A stretch of 64,000 nucleotides of DNA from NCBI RefSeq assembly GCF_006345805.1, contig NC_042998.1:129828001-129892000 (forward strand), given 5' to 3'. The stretch is from Octopus sinensis. Its lineage: Eukaryota. The notes under the pieces are model-generated. The model searched no databases and was not told where the DNA came from. It saw only the letters and a list, made by a program, of their open reading frames with translations. Below are positions 1 to 13,115 of the stretch, piece by piece. The position numbers were made by a program, and so were the translations under genes. Each line of letters begins with the position of its first letter. Positions within the stretch are counted from its first letter, which is position 1.

Positions 1-904
1 CATATTAAAGGAAAGCGGCGAGCCGACATTCGTGATTGGAGGCGGAACTGTTCTACACGTGGTAATAAAAGTCAGCAATATTTAGATGTTCAATGAATAT
101 ATCCAGTCCGCAGTTTCGTTTTCGGCGCGCATCGAACACACTGGCTAACAGCATTATAGGGACAAAACTGTAGTAATTATATAGCACAACAAAGGCTCAC
201 GTAAATTAGCATTGTGCAGACACATTAGTTTGTTATACACGTTCTCAAACAGTTTAGCTAGGCTTATACTTTGGTATCACTAGCTCATATATTTCGCTCC
301 CCAAATGAAAAGGATACAGAACACAACACTCAACTACCACACTTCTTACGATTTAAACAGAAGGTAGCAACAATATAAACTACAACCGCGACAATGGCAG
401 CAATACCTGCAACAACTACAATAACAATGACGTCTTATCATATTAGTCTATAATCGGATGCTGCACATGATTGATTCCTTATGCATATCTACTTATGCAT
501 AAAATACATTTCAAGTCTTTAAGTGTTAGCACAAAACACGTTAGCAAACAATCTATTACGTGATCAGTGCTATGTAATCTATAAAACAACACTTCGATAA
601 TTTATAATTCACCAAATGCAATATTTTGCCAGATAAAACTTCATCTCACACAGAACATGAAGTTCTATAAAAAGTTATTCAGACACGATACAGGGGCATC
701 AATAACAGGGCTTAAACAGCATCTTAATAAATATACCGTTGCAAATTGAGAGGAAACATACGAAAACAGCATACATAAAGAAATAAACGCATCATCACTT
801 GACTCATTAGCTCCATTTACTGATGGAAGATGTTAAAACGACAACCCACTTGTTCTCTTCTTCCTTATTTTCAACATAATTTTATACCTCGTATACCCGC
901 ACAT

Positions 905-977
<73 letters not shown>

Positions 978-3900
978 TACACAATCACACACCTAATTTT
1001 ATTATCCTTCTCGGGATTACGATGTTCCCGACCATTTATAAGTGCAGATGAACAGCAACCGTCATGGCTTGACGGATTCCATCCTCACCTACCTACCTAC
1101 CTACCTACCTACCTCTAAAATGCATAAATGTACAGATGTAAAGTGTACGGAGAGAGACTCTACAGCATTCCAGTCGATCATACTGCTCACCATAGATTAA
1201 TCTCTGTATATTTGGAATTATAATTTATTATGAACACAACACCGGTGGATTCGACGTGCATTTGTTTGTCAATTAAAGCTGGCTTTGGAGGTAGACAACA
1301 GCAATTCCTCAAATATGTTGCAATTGCAGTTTTTATATGATGTTGAATTTATGTATTGACAGCGTTTTTAGATTGTTGGACACAAAGACCAAGCACTCTA
1401 AACTCAAATCACTCAGAAGTCAAATATCCCTTTCATCTCCCACCCGAGTTCGATAGATAAAGTGTAGCATTCACTAGTAGGGTTTTTATTTTCTCTCTTT
1501 CTCTATCTAACAATCTCTCTGTCTGCCTCTATCTGTCTGTCTGTCTGTCTATCTCTCTCTCTCTCTCTCCCTCTCTAGAATCTATCGTATGTGATCAGTC
1601 CTGAGGTTAGACAACGCATTATGCTGAGAATATTCATCTACGAGCTGCATGAACAGTTGATAGCGTACCTGTGATAATGTGGTAATTGCAATTACCTAAA
1701 GATCAATCAGGATTTTCCACCATCCTCTCTGACTCCAACTCACAACTACAGCTTTTACAAGAAAAAACATTCCCCATTTCAAATATTAGAGGAGGGACAA
1801 TTTCTCCCTTAAAAATCAGAGAAGCTTATCTTCATCGATAGCAAAAACATGCTGTATACTGTATAATGAAATTATGGCTGTATATTTTACTTGTCATTAT
1901 CCGATGGAAATATGAGACATACCCGTATTCAGGAGTTTTCCGCCATAAAGTTTCCGAGATGTGTCGTAAAGAGATATTTTAGTATTCCTCACTCATTGCA
2001 ACCATTTTTTTTCCATCCATGTTCAGCCGGACCGAGAACCTGCGACATTGTGAGATTTAGCTCAGCAATTATTCTAGTCTTATTTTGGTATCATCAACAT
2101 TTCCATTATGATCGTTATTGTTGTGTTCAACATCGCCATTGTCACACAACCACCGCTGTCATCTCCACCACTAGCATCAGCACCTTCACTAACACCGCCA
2201 CCAACATTCATCAACATAACTGCCGTAGCCGTCGTCGTAGGCGTCATTCCAATACTACCATCATCTCCCCAGAACAATACAATTAACACCACAACCAGCA
2301 CCAAAACTACAATTTACTCCAGTGCCAGAAACATCAACATCATCATCATCATCATCATCATCATCACCAGCAGCAGCAGCGGCAGTATTGTTGTCTTTGT
2401 GCATCCTTTGATATTTGTATTTGACTAACAAATACAAAGTAGTATTTTTTGGTTTGTTTTAGTTTAGTTTTCTCCTTTCATTTATTTATTTTTTTCATTA
2501 TTTTACCATTATTTGATTGTTTAAATCTGTTGTATCTCTTGTATCTGCTGAAGGACAGTTTGAAAACAAAACAAATCAACAAAACACACACACACACACA
2601 CATATGTACACACGTACACACACATATACACACATAAGGGACACACGCACACACACATATGTACACACGCACACACACACAAAAAATATTAATGTTTATT
2701 TTGATGGTTTGACGGTGGTAGGGATAAGGGTTGGGCGAATTAATAATAGAACAAATTTAAACCATATTTTTCGATGAATGTCTGTGGATGGAATAGTTTG
2801 CGCAAATATATGTATGACTGCGTATGCATGTCTGTGTGTGCGTGTGAGTGTGTGAGTGTGTGTGTATGTGTGTTTGAGAGAGAGAGGGAGAGAGAGAGGA
2901 TCTTCATGTGATATGAGTTGCTGTTTGCTTGTCTAACCGTATTTTTGTGTGTGTTTAATTGGTTGTAGGTGGTATTGCGTGTGTGTGTGTATATATATAT
3001 ATATATATGTGTGTGTCTGTATTCGTTATGTGTATGTTTATTTGTTAGAGTGTAAATATATTTTTATCTGTGTGTCCGTATTGGCGTGTTTGTATGTGTA
3101 TATGTGTGTTTTCTCTCTTTATGTCTGTATTTGTGTATTTGTTAGCATAAGTGTTTGCTTTTTTTTTCTCTTGTCTCTCAGTATTCAAAAGTGTAACAGT
3201 TTGTATGAATGTGTGTAACAAATGCTTGTTTATACAATTGCTAAAAGCTTGTAATATGTATGTATTTCTGCGCGTCTAAGTATTATATTATATATCTGTA
3301 GATTAGGTAATCTTACTTTTATGTATTTAAGTATATACCTAAAAAATGTGTGAATATGTGTTTGTGTTGTGTTGTGTGTTTGTGTGCGTGTTTGTGTTTG
3401 TGTGTGTACGTGTGTGTGTGATGGTGACGTGTGTGTGTGTGAGTTTGTTTTAAACTATATTTCTCTACGTATTATATTACATATGACATATCACTTATTT
3501 GTGTACCTTTATGATTCTAAATGTTTCTGTGTTTCTAATAGATGTGTGTTTCATTCAAGTGAATATGGTAATATTACATATGTTCATGTTTATGTACTTA
3601 ATATATATATATACATATATGTGTGTGTATACACACACACACATATATAGATATATATATACACACAGACACAAACACAAATATACATATTTATAAACAT
3701 ACACACATATATATATACACACACACACGAACTCTCACACACACACACATATATACATACATAGACATGTAAATATATGTGTACGCGTGTGTGTACACAC
3801 GGCTCTGCATCTGTTTGTATATATGTGTATGTGTGTACATATCTCTCTCCCATTATGCTTCACTGGACGTGAAACTCTTGCTGTTTCTGTACGTCCGACT

Positions 3901-4375
3901 GTATGGTCCTAGAAGAATGCATATGTTTTTCAGTATTTATTGATATGCATCAATGTACGTATGTCTGTGTATGTAAGCGTTTGTGCGTTTATTTGTGTGT
4001 GTGTGCGTGTGTGTCAATGTATGTATCCCTATGTGACTGTGCGAGAACAATAAATGTTTTTCTGTTGGTCTATATGTGTGAATGTAAGACTGCATTATCT
4101 CCTTTATTGATTTTATTTGTAATTTTTATTCTAAGAAATTATTTTATTTTGAATTAACTTAAATTCAATTTATGAAGTCCCTCCACCACTTTTTTTTTAT
4201 TTGTTAATGAACATAAAAGACACATCAATATTATTCCAACAGAATGATAAGATAATTGTAACTATGCAAATGCGCATATACTGCTACGTAACTTGAGCAT
4301 GTTTTCCTTCTAACATGCATCTATGGTGAATAATTAGTACACACACACACAGACATTTATTTATAGGGATAGGTT

Positions 4376-4433
<58 letters not shown>

Positions 4434-4795
4434 CTGATGCATATATACGTAATACATACATACATACACTGGAATATCTAACTCACTGCCTAAATACCAA
4501 TTTTGAGGAATTAGGCTTTTCAAAAGCTGATTTGAAGACGATAGATTCAAGCTATCACTGGAACTGTAAAAATCTGTAAAGCTTTCCAGAAGTTTACCAT
4601 TTAAGTATATATATGAGCATGTGTAGACTTGCAACTATATAACTGAGAATATATACATAAAACAAAATTTACAAAACTGCACATATACATACATAAAAAA
4701 ACAACTGAATATGAAATACATCCATCCATCCATATATATATATATTATATATATATATATATATATAATATATATATTATATATATATATATTAA

Positions 4796-5207
4796 TATAA
4801 GAAAATAGTAAGTGTGAAAAAACGACAGAAGGCTTAAATGTTAAAAAAAATATATTATTTGTGTCAAAATGTCTGGAGAATATTGGAAAAATTTTTTTTT
4901 CCTTTCCTTAAAATGACATAATTTTAAAATTTGTAAAGAAATTACCGGTTTCGCGTGTAGCTTTTCAAATTTCTTGTGACGTTATGTTTATCTTGCATGG
5001 AATTATCGTTGTTTTTATTTCCAGGAGATTTCTAAATAAGGGGAGGTAGTGAGTGATTTTTCCGGTGTAGGGGAGATAATCGCTTAAAAAATTTTTTTTC
5101 CATTTCCTTGTTAATTTCTCTGTGTCAGTATGTTCGGATGGTTGAGTCTGGGTTTGTACTTTTCAATGAAGAATGTTTCCTTGTTCAGTCTCATTTGTGT
5201 TGATGAT
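4796..5207 (-). repeat. PLE 3' pseudo-LTR (lacks the last ~40 nt tail)
   Basis: Near-identical direct repeat of 8770-9183; includes the last codons of the EN and the 3' UTR. Confidence 0.92.
4936..4975 (-). ncRNA. Minimal type I hammerhead ribozyme motif, U3-A8 core variant
   Basis: AAGAAAT-TTGAAAA-GC tacac GC-GAAA-CCGG-TA-ATTTCTT: 7-bp helix I, 2-bp helix II, palindromic ACCGGT helix III, GUA triplet. Confidence 0.75.
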
Positions 5208-8200
5208 CCGAAAGCACATTGGTAAAATGGGAAGATTAAAAATTGTGGCAGTAGTTGCTTTGCGCATTTCTCAATGTGCTCACTAAAAGGTATCATTCTA
5301 TATTCTGGGAATGCAATCTGTTGTCGATGCAGTGTGCATCTGCGCCTGAGTGATAGTCCCGTGGAACCCACGTAGTCTTGGTGGCAGCCCGAGCATTTAA
5401 TAACATAAATTATGTTTTCAGAGGCACAAGTAAAGTTAGATTTGATCTTAAATTTCTGTCCCTCTTTAAAGAGGAATTCTGATCCTTCCAATAGGTTAGG
5501 ACATGTTGCACAGTTCGATCTACCACATTTTTTTACTTTTGCATCCGTAATTTTAGAAGACAATTTTGCCTTTGTGAGAATCTTTTAAGTGATTTAGGCT
5601 GTTTGTAGCTTTTAATGATTTGGTGTATGTTTAGAATTTCCTTTAATTTTGGGTTTTTATGAAGTATTGTAAATTCTGGGTGATGATGGTGAAGGCTTCT
5701 TTGTTTCTGGGGTTGTATGTAGATATGTAAGGTAGTATTTTCGGGGAAGGTGTGTTGTTGTGTTGAACTTTTCTTAAAGTTTCTATGTTGATTTCTGTTG
5801 CACGTCTGATCCCATCCTCTATGAGTTGAGCTGGGTAATGTCTGTCAATTAGGGTGTTTTGAGTTCTTGCAGTCTAAAGTTCCTGGTATTTTGTTCTGAC
5901 ACTATTGTGCATATCCTTCTTGAAAGGTTGAAGGGGATGTTTGTTTTAGTGTGTCTTGGGTGGCATGAATTAAAAAGAAGGTATTGTTTGGCGTCTGTGG
6001 CTTTGTAAAAATGTCTGTTTCTATTTAAGGTTAATTTTTTAATTAGTATATCCAAGAACGGGAGCTCCTTTTGGTTGTATTCCATTGTGAACTGTATATT
6101 TGGGTTATGCTGTTCAATAGGTTTTTAAATTTTAGGAGTTTATCTATGTTTTCATTCCAGAGAATGAAACAATCGTCTAGGAATCGTTTCCAATTCTCTT
6201 TTATGTATTGAGAGAGGGAGTTTCCACAGATTGATAGAGATTCCTGGTAAATGATTATTTCCATGTATCCCATTGTTAAGTTCGCAATGACTGGTGCTGC
6301 CCTTGTACCCATAGCAATTCCGGATTTTTGACGGTAAAATGTATTGTCAAACATGAAGTGGTTATTGTGTAGGATGAATTCAATTGATTGTAATGAATTC
6401 TTTATACTGATCCTTTTTGGTATTTCTTCCGGAAATTGGTCTAACCAGAATTGTATTGCCTCCAGTCCATAATTATGAGGTATACTGGTATACAAGTTGA
6501 CTACATCAAATGAACCAGGATTGTTTTCTTCTTCCTTGGTTTTTTTTGGAAGGTGGTTTAACATATCTAAGTCATCTCTGATATGGCTATCGATATGTTT
6601 AAGGAAGGGTTTCAAGAGGATGTCCATATAGACTTAGTCTGTGTGTTTCACAGGTTGGGCCAGCTACAATGGGTCGTAGTTTTAGGTCCCCCGATTAGGT
6701 GTGTGTATGTATGTCTTTGGTGATTTTTAATGGTTTCATTTATAATTTGACTTTTATGAATTTTTGGCAGACCATAGAAAAGGCTAGGTTTGCATTTAAA
6801 GTTTGTTAGGAAATCAATCTCTTTGGTTGTCAGTTCCTTTTCATGGGTTTTAATTAGTGAAGATAGAGTTTTCATTATTTTTTGTGGGGTGTAGTTGGTA
6901 ATTTTTTCATAATGTAGGTCTTCATCAAGCAAGGAAATTACAAGATTTCTGTAGTATGATGTATCCATTATTACAACTGCATTTCCCTTGTCCGCTTCCT
7001 TAATGGTTATATCTTCATCATTTTGGAGTTCTATCAGTTCTTTCCATTGTGTATTGTTAAAATTTGGGTTAGCTTTCTGTTTATGTATAGTATGGTAGGG
7101 GAAGTTCTCAATGTGGTTACAGAATTCGTCAAGATCTTATTTCTTCCTCTGTGTGGGATGTGTTCACTTTGTTTCTTGACAAGTGATTCATCTTCAGTAT
7201 TGAAACTGTTGATGCTTCTGCTAGTCTTAATTTTCTGCAAAATTCTGTTATATTATCCTTGAGTTCATTTAGGTTTGCTCTGCGTGGAGTTGGTGTAAAT
7301 TTGAGCCCTTTTGCGAGGATGTCAATTTTATGTTAGAAAGAGGTTTGGTTGAAAGATTGATTATCTTCGGTTTTTCCTTATTACTAGGTTCCAGCCTGTG
7401 TCCTGGTGTCCCTGGTCCCTGGCTAAAAAATGTTGGGTGTAATTTTGTTTGTATGAGTTGTCTGTGAGGTTGTGTGGTATTTGGTCGGGGGAGTGGTGGT
7501 ATTGTTGCCTCCGATCGTTGTGGTGTGTGTGGAATCTATGGTTGTTAATGCTTGTGGTGTGTGTAAAATTTCTGTATGGGGAATATTTTTGTTTCGACTT
7601 CTTGTATGTGGGATGTTGCTTGACATAGTGTTTCTTGCGTTTGTCTTGTGTTTAGTGGGGACCAGTAGTTTTGTTCATGGGGTAGTAGTGATTGTTGTGT
7701 TGTATTCTTATCCTAGTGTCGTATGTGCTGTATGGTGGTTGGTCTGGTATTATGATGTTGTTGGTTTGTTCTGTTTTGGTGTAATTTCTTTCATAGACGC
7801 GTCCTCTTTCAGCTAGTTCCCTGTTAGGTCTAGCGTGGTTTGTAGAGGTTGGTTGTGGGTGATTTCTGTTTTTAGTGTATGGAGGATAGTTGGGGGTTGT
7901 TCGTGGGTTGTTAGGTTTTTCTTTTTTATTTATTGTAATTTTCTTAGGAAGGGATTATTTGTACCCAATTCATTTTTGAAGGTTTCACTATATTTTTGGA
8001 AGAAGTCCATGTTTTTCTCCCAGCGTAGGAGAGAATTTCTCTCTTCTCTCTCACAGGAATCCTTCCAGTGATCCAATGTATTATCGAGGGGTTGTCCCTC
8101 GGTATATTTTAGTATTTGATTGTGCATCTCCTCGTCTATGCTTTTAAGTTTTCTTCATTTGTGGAGGCCCTGAGTCTTAGAAGCTCTATTTCTGATTTAA

Positions 8201-8704
8201 AATTGAACAGAGCTGACTTTCTCTAATAGATCTCTGTCCGTCAGGCTCGTTAGGAATTAATTTTATCTGGAATTTGCGTGGAGGATAATTGGTGTTGAGT
8301 TTATCCATCCCTCGTAGATATCTGCTTTGTTGGAATTTTTTATCATGTTCCAGAAGGTGAGTTTTCTGTTGTGCAGGTTTGTATTCCAAACGTTTCCTAT
8401 TTTTCTTTTTGTTGGGTTGGTTTGGGTCCGTATGGTATCCTGCTGTGTTTCATTAGGTGCCTGTGTATTATTTTCGGATTTGTTTGATGAAAATTGAGTT
8501 CAGTGTTGTATATAACAGTTGTAGATCCTTACTCACCTGGTCAGTGTAACGGGTTGCATCTTCATTGCTTTTACTTTCCCGGGCGAGTAAGTTTGATTCC
8601 TCGATTTTGTTGTTCAGGTAAAGAAGCTGTGAATTAATATTTTTCAGTTCTTTGAGTATGTCCTCATTTAAGGTTTTGTCCGAGGTGTTTGACTTCTGTG
8701 GCAT
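5111..8704 (-). pseudogene. Frameshifted PLE polyprotein: long N-terminal region, RT, thumb, Cys linker, GIY-YIG endonuclease
   Basis: Collinear fragments: MPQKSNTSDK (ATG 8704), SFDVVNLYTSIP, QKSGIAMGTRAAPVIANLTMG, WKRFLDDCFILW, ELPFLDILI, YLLFNSCHPRHTK, CGRSNCATCP, IIYVIKCSGCHQDYVGST, LHRQQI, SEH, KETFFIEKYKPRLN. Confidence 0.93.
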
Positions 8705-8732
8705 TTTCGTTCTCACGTGTTTAATATATAGA

Positions 8733-9183
8733 TAAGAAAGTTTGTTTGGTAAAGCACGTGGGTGAATATATAAGAAAATAGTAAAGTGTGAAAAAACGAC
8801 AGAAGGCTTAAATGTTAAAAAATATATATATTTGTGTCAAAATGTCTGGAGAATATTGGAAAAATTTTTTTTTCCTTTCCTTAAAATGACATAATTTTAA
8901 AATTTGTAAAGAAATTACCGGTTTCGCGTGTAGCTTTTCAAATTTCTTGTGACGTTATGTTTATATTGCATGGAATTATCGTTGTTTTTATTTCCAGGAG
9001 ATTTCTAAATAAGGGAGGTATGAGTGATTTTTTTTCCGGTGTAGGGGAGATAATATCGCTTAAAAAATTTTTTTTCCATTTCCTTGTTAATTTCTCTGTG
9101 TCAGTATGTTCGGATGGTTGAGTCTGGGTTTGTACTTTTCAATGAAGAATGTTTCCTTGTTCAGTCTCATTTGTGTTGATGAT
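8733..9183 (-). repeat. PLE 5' pseudo-LTR, ~30 nt upstream of the ORF start
   Basis: Direct repeat of 4796-5207 plus tail TTCACCCACGTGCTTTACCAAACAAACTTTCTTA. Confidence 0.92.
8909..8948 (-). ncRNA. Minimal type I hammerhead ribozyme motif (second pseudo-LTR)
   Basis: Identical to 4936-4975. Confidence 0.75.
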
Positions 9184-10658
9184 AGCCATATCAGAGATGA
9201 CTTAGATATGTTAAACCACCTTCCAAAAAAAACCAAGGAAGAAACAATCCTGGTTTCATTTGATGTAGTCACTTGTATACCAGTATACCTCATATTATGG
9301 ACTGGAGGCAATACAATTCTGGTTAGACCAATTTCCGGAAGAAATACCAAAAAGGATCAGTAAAGAATTCATTACTAAATCAATTGAATTCATCCTACAC
9401 AATAACCACTTCATGTTTGACAATACATTTTACCGTCAAAAATCCGGAATTGCTATGGGTACAAGGGCAGCACCAGTCATTGCGAACTTAACAATGGGAT
9501 ACATGGAAATAATCATTTACCAGGAATCTCTATCAATCTTTGGAAACTCCCTCTCTCAACATAAAAGAGAATTGGAAACGATTCCTAGACGATTTTTCAT
9601 TCTCTGGAATGAAAACATAGATAAACTCCTAAAATTTAAAAACCTATTGAACAGCATAAACCCAAATATACAGTCACAATGGAATACAACCAAAAGGAGC
9701 TCCCGTTCTTGGATATACTAATTAAAAAAATTAACCTTAAAATAGAAACAGACATTTTTTACAAAGCCACAGACGCCAAACAATACCTTCTTTTTAATTC
9801 ATGCCACCCAAGACACACTAAAACAAACATCCCCTTCAACCTTGCAAGAAGGATATGCACAATAGTGTCAGAAACAAATACCAGGAACTTTAGACTGCAA
9901 GAACTCAAAAACACCCTAATTGACAGACATTACCCAGCTCAACTCATAGAGGATGGGATCAGACGTGCAACAGAAATCAACATAGAAACTTTAAGAAAAG
10001 TTCAACACAACAACACCCTTCCCCAAAATACCCGAAAAACTTACCTAACATATCTACATACAACCCCAGAAACAAAGAAGCCTTCACCATCATCACCCAG
10101 AATTTACCAATACTTCATAAAAACCCAAAATTAAAGAAATTCTAACATACACCAAATCATTAAAAGCTACAAACAGCCTAAATCACTTAAAAAGATCTCA
10201 CAAAGGCAAAATTGTCTTCTAAAATTACGGATGCAAAAGTAAAAAAATGTGGTAGATCGACTGTGCAACATGTCCTAACCTATTGGAAGGATCAGAATTC
10301 CTCTTAAAAGGGACAGAAATTTAAGATCAAATCTAACTTTACTTGTGCCTCTGAAACATAATTTATGTTATTAAATGCTGGGCTGCCACCAAGACTACGT
10401 GGTTCCACGGGACTATCACTCAGGCGCAGATGCACACTGCATCGACAACAGATTGCATTCCCAGAATATAGAATGATACCTTTTAGTGAGCACATTGAGA
10501 AATGCGCAAAGCAACTACTGCCACAATTTTTAATCTTCCCATTTTACCAATGTGCTTTCGGATCATCAACACAAATGAGACTGAACAAGGAAACATTCTT
10601 CATTGAAAAGTACAAACCCAGACTCAACCATCCGAACATACTGACACAGAGAAATTAA
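9184..10658 (+). pseudogene. Inverted 5'-truncated second copy of the PLE RT-EN region
   Basis: ORFs 9413-9721, 9679-10134 and 10365-10658 repeat the same RT/thumb/EN peptides as the minus-strand copy. Confidence 0.93.
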
Positions 10659-11008
10659 CAAGGAAATGGAAAAAAATTTTTTAAGCGATTATCTCCCCCC
10701 TACACCGGAAAAAATCACTCACTACTCCCCTTATTTAGAAATCTCCTGGAAATAAAAACAACGATAATCCATGCAATATAAACATAACGTCACAGAAATT
10801 TGAAAAGCTACACGCGAAACCGGTAATTTCTTTACAAATTTTAAAATTATGTCATTTTAAGGAAGGAAAAAAAATTTTTCCAATATTCTCCAGACATTTT
10901 GACACAAATATATATATTTTTTAACATTTAAGCCTTCTGTCGTTTTTTCACACTTTACTATTTTCTTATATATTCACCCACGTGCTTTACCAAACAAACT
11001 TTCTTATA
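10562..11008 (+). repeat. PLE pseudo-LTR of the inverted copy
   Basis: Reverse complement of 8733-9183; ends TTTCTTA then (TA)n. Confidence 0.92.
10794..10831 (+). ncRNA. Minimal type I hammerhead ribozyme motif (third pseudo-LTR)
   Basis: AGAAAT-TTGAAAA-GC tacac GC-GAAA-CCGG-TA-ATTTCT; predicted cut after A10825. Confidence 0.75.
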
Positions 11009-11009
11009 T

Positions 11010-11069
<60 letters not shown>

Positions 11070-11087
11070 TGTACAGAAGCACACACA

Positions 11088-11215
11088 GATGGTCAAAAAT
11101 ACAGTTCTTTCACAGGACGCTGTGAAAGAACAATAAACAGGGAGTATTAGTCTAACAGTCAGGAAGAATGAAAGATGTCTTTACCGTTTCGAGCTTCTTC
11201 AGAAGCTTGGTCTGA
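11088..11215 (-). mobile_element. Short TA-abutting repeat with decayed HHR (same family as 13116-13380)
   Basis: Minus strand 11205-11178: CTT-CTGAAGA-A-GCTC-GAAA-CGG-TA-AAGA (5' strand of helix II deleted); flanks align with 13190-13243. Confidence 0.5.
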
Positions 11216-12189
11216 CAGAATGCAGCAGCCTGTTGCTAGTTATTTTAGGTGCCTATGTAGTTGTGAGAAGATATGTGCACACTCTGGACCCTCAGGTGCT
11301 TCATCCAGTAGGTCACGTAGGAAGTGATATCTAGAGGAAACCAAATTTGCACTAGATATCAGCTGGCACTGGTCTTTACTTATATAAAGGGAATTAACAT
11401 GAAATAAAGCGCCTTATCCAAGGAAACAACGCTTCTGGGTTCACGAATCGTACCCACGATTAACGATCTTGAACCCAACACCCAAATCACTAGGCTAGAT
11501 GGCTAAACATATAGTTTTTGCAAACATTTTTAAACGTAGTTATAAGTATGTAGCATATCAAATGTTTTAAAAAATAGAGGGATGTTGGTAAAATCGCCAG
11601 AGACTCGAAGGGAGTCTTGTGTGGTAGGAATTTAGCTTCTCCCATTACGTTACTAGTTCAAATTAAACCTAAATAAATTTGGATAATTCCTACATCTATA
11701 AAATAAATAACAGGAAACTTTCTGAAGGTAATATAATCGGCATACACGTTGAAAGGATTGCCTCAACATTACTGCGTTACTGAAAAATGCTGTGGATGTA
11801 AGATTCAGTGGCACCTGACAAAGCAATACACGCTTTCCCCTATCAAACACTGTCTACAAATTCTTTCTGTATATGTTTACAAACAATTATGATTTCTGGT
11901 GAACTTATAAACAATTATGAACTTATTTTACTGCCTATATTGAACACTTTTATGTAAACTGTTTAAGCACAAAGCATCTTTTAACATTTTCTTATCATTT
12001 TCAAAGACTCTATAACTCTATTTTAATACATCTATATTAACTAATTTTTAACACCACAAAGTGTACACAAGGCCTTGCCCTTTACTTTTGAAAATCCTTT
12101 TTTCAAAAGAAGTGAAACCAGTCAAATCAATAAACATCTTTAAAAGACTTCTGCATTTTCAAATCTTCTTCCCTATATATTTTCATTCG

Positions 12190-12570
12190 TGCGATACCTT
12201 CCAATTTTACTTTAAGTTTCATCCAAGGCTGAGACCACGGGCTATACGTCCCCTTCCCAATTTAGGATCACAACATATAGGTGCACTGCGACACAATTTC
12301 TTTTCCTCAGCAGGCCTTGCCCTGTTTAACCTTGTCCCGAAAGAGATCAAAGAGGAAAAGGATTCCATCACCTTTAAACGGAGTGTGGACAGATTTCTTC
12401 AAGGAATACCAGATAAGTCAACCATACCTGGATACTACTCACTCAACAAGAATTCACTACTTGAATAGACCATAAACAAAACTGGATTTAAACAGGGTTT
12501 AGATAATCCTATCAGGTGGTGATATTAAGTTAGACATGGCCTGGACCAATCTTTAGTCGAGACAAATCTA
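12190..12570 (+). mobile_element. CR1-group LINE 3' fragment
   Basis: HNFFSSAGLALFNLVPKEIK..TFKRSVDRFLQGIPD..GYYSLNKNSLLE resembles an ORF2 C-terminus; 3' UTR AAGTTAGACATGGCCTGGACCAA shared with 13443-13465 (minus). Confidence 0.75.
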
Positions 12571-12606
12571 ATTTTATCTAAGTTTTATATATATATATAT
12601 ATATAT

Positions 12607-12645
<39 letters not shown>

Positions 12646-13006
12646 CGTGCGTGTGTTTGTGTGCATGTGTGTGTGTATAGTGAACGGCATGATTAATACA
12701 GCAGTAACATTAGTCGTAATCACGGAAGTGGTAGTAGTATGCAGAGGAAACGAAGTGAAAGAGGTGAGAATGGAAAAGAATATGATGAAGCTGAAGGAAA
12801 TAAGGTATAGAGGAAGAAGAGGTGGAAGAAGAACACAAAGAAGATGAAGCAACCCCACATAACCTGTCCCAATGGTTTCTGAAGATAAGAATATTATGTC
12901 ACTTGCAAACACATACAAACACACACACACACACACAATTATATATTTAGGTATATGCATACATGCATGCATGCGTACATACATACATGCATACATGTAT
13001 ACATAA

Positions 13007-13042
<36 letters not shown>

Positions 13043-13052
13043 TATATGTATA

Positions 13053-13110
<58 letters not shown>

Positions 13111-13115
13111 ATATA

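Larger units (their letters stand above)
4796..11008. mobile_element. Composite Penelope-like element (C-terminal EN+, Neptune-like): partial-tandem minus-strand copy (9183->4796) plus inverted 5'-truncated plus-strand copy (9181->11008)
   Basis: RT and GIY-YIG fragments on both strands. 9181-~10970 is the reverse complement of 6591-4796. Direct repeats at 4796-5207 and 8733-9183. Both outer ends run into (TA)n. Confidence 0.95.

Noticed and set aside
1891-2428. Overlapping ORFs on both strands
   Set aside because: Driven by CAT/CAG/CAC trinucleotide low complexity
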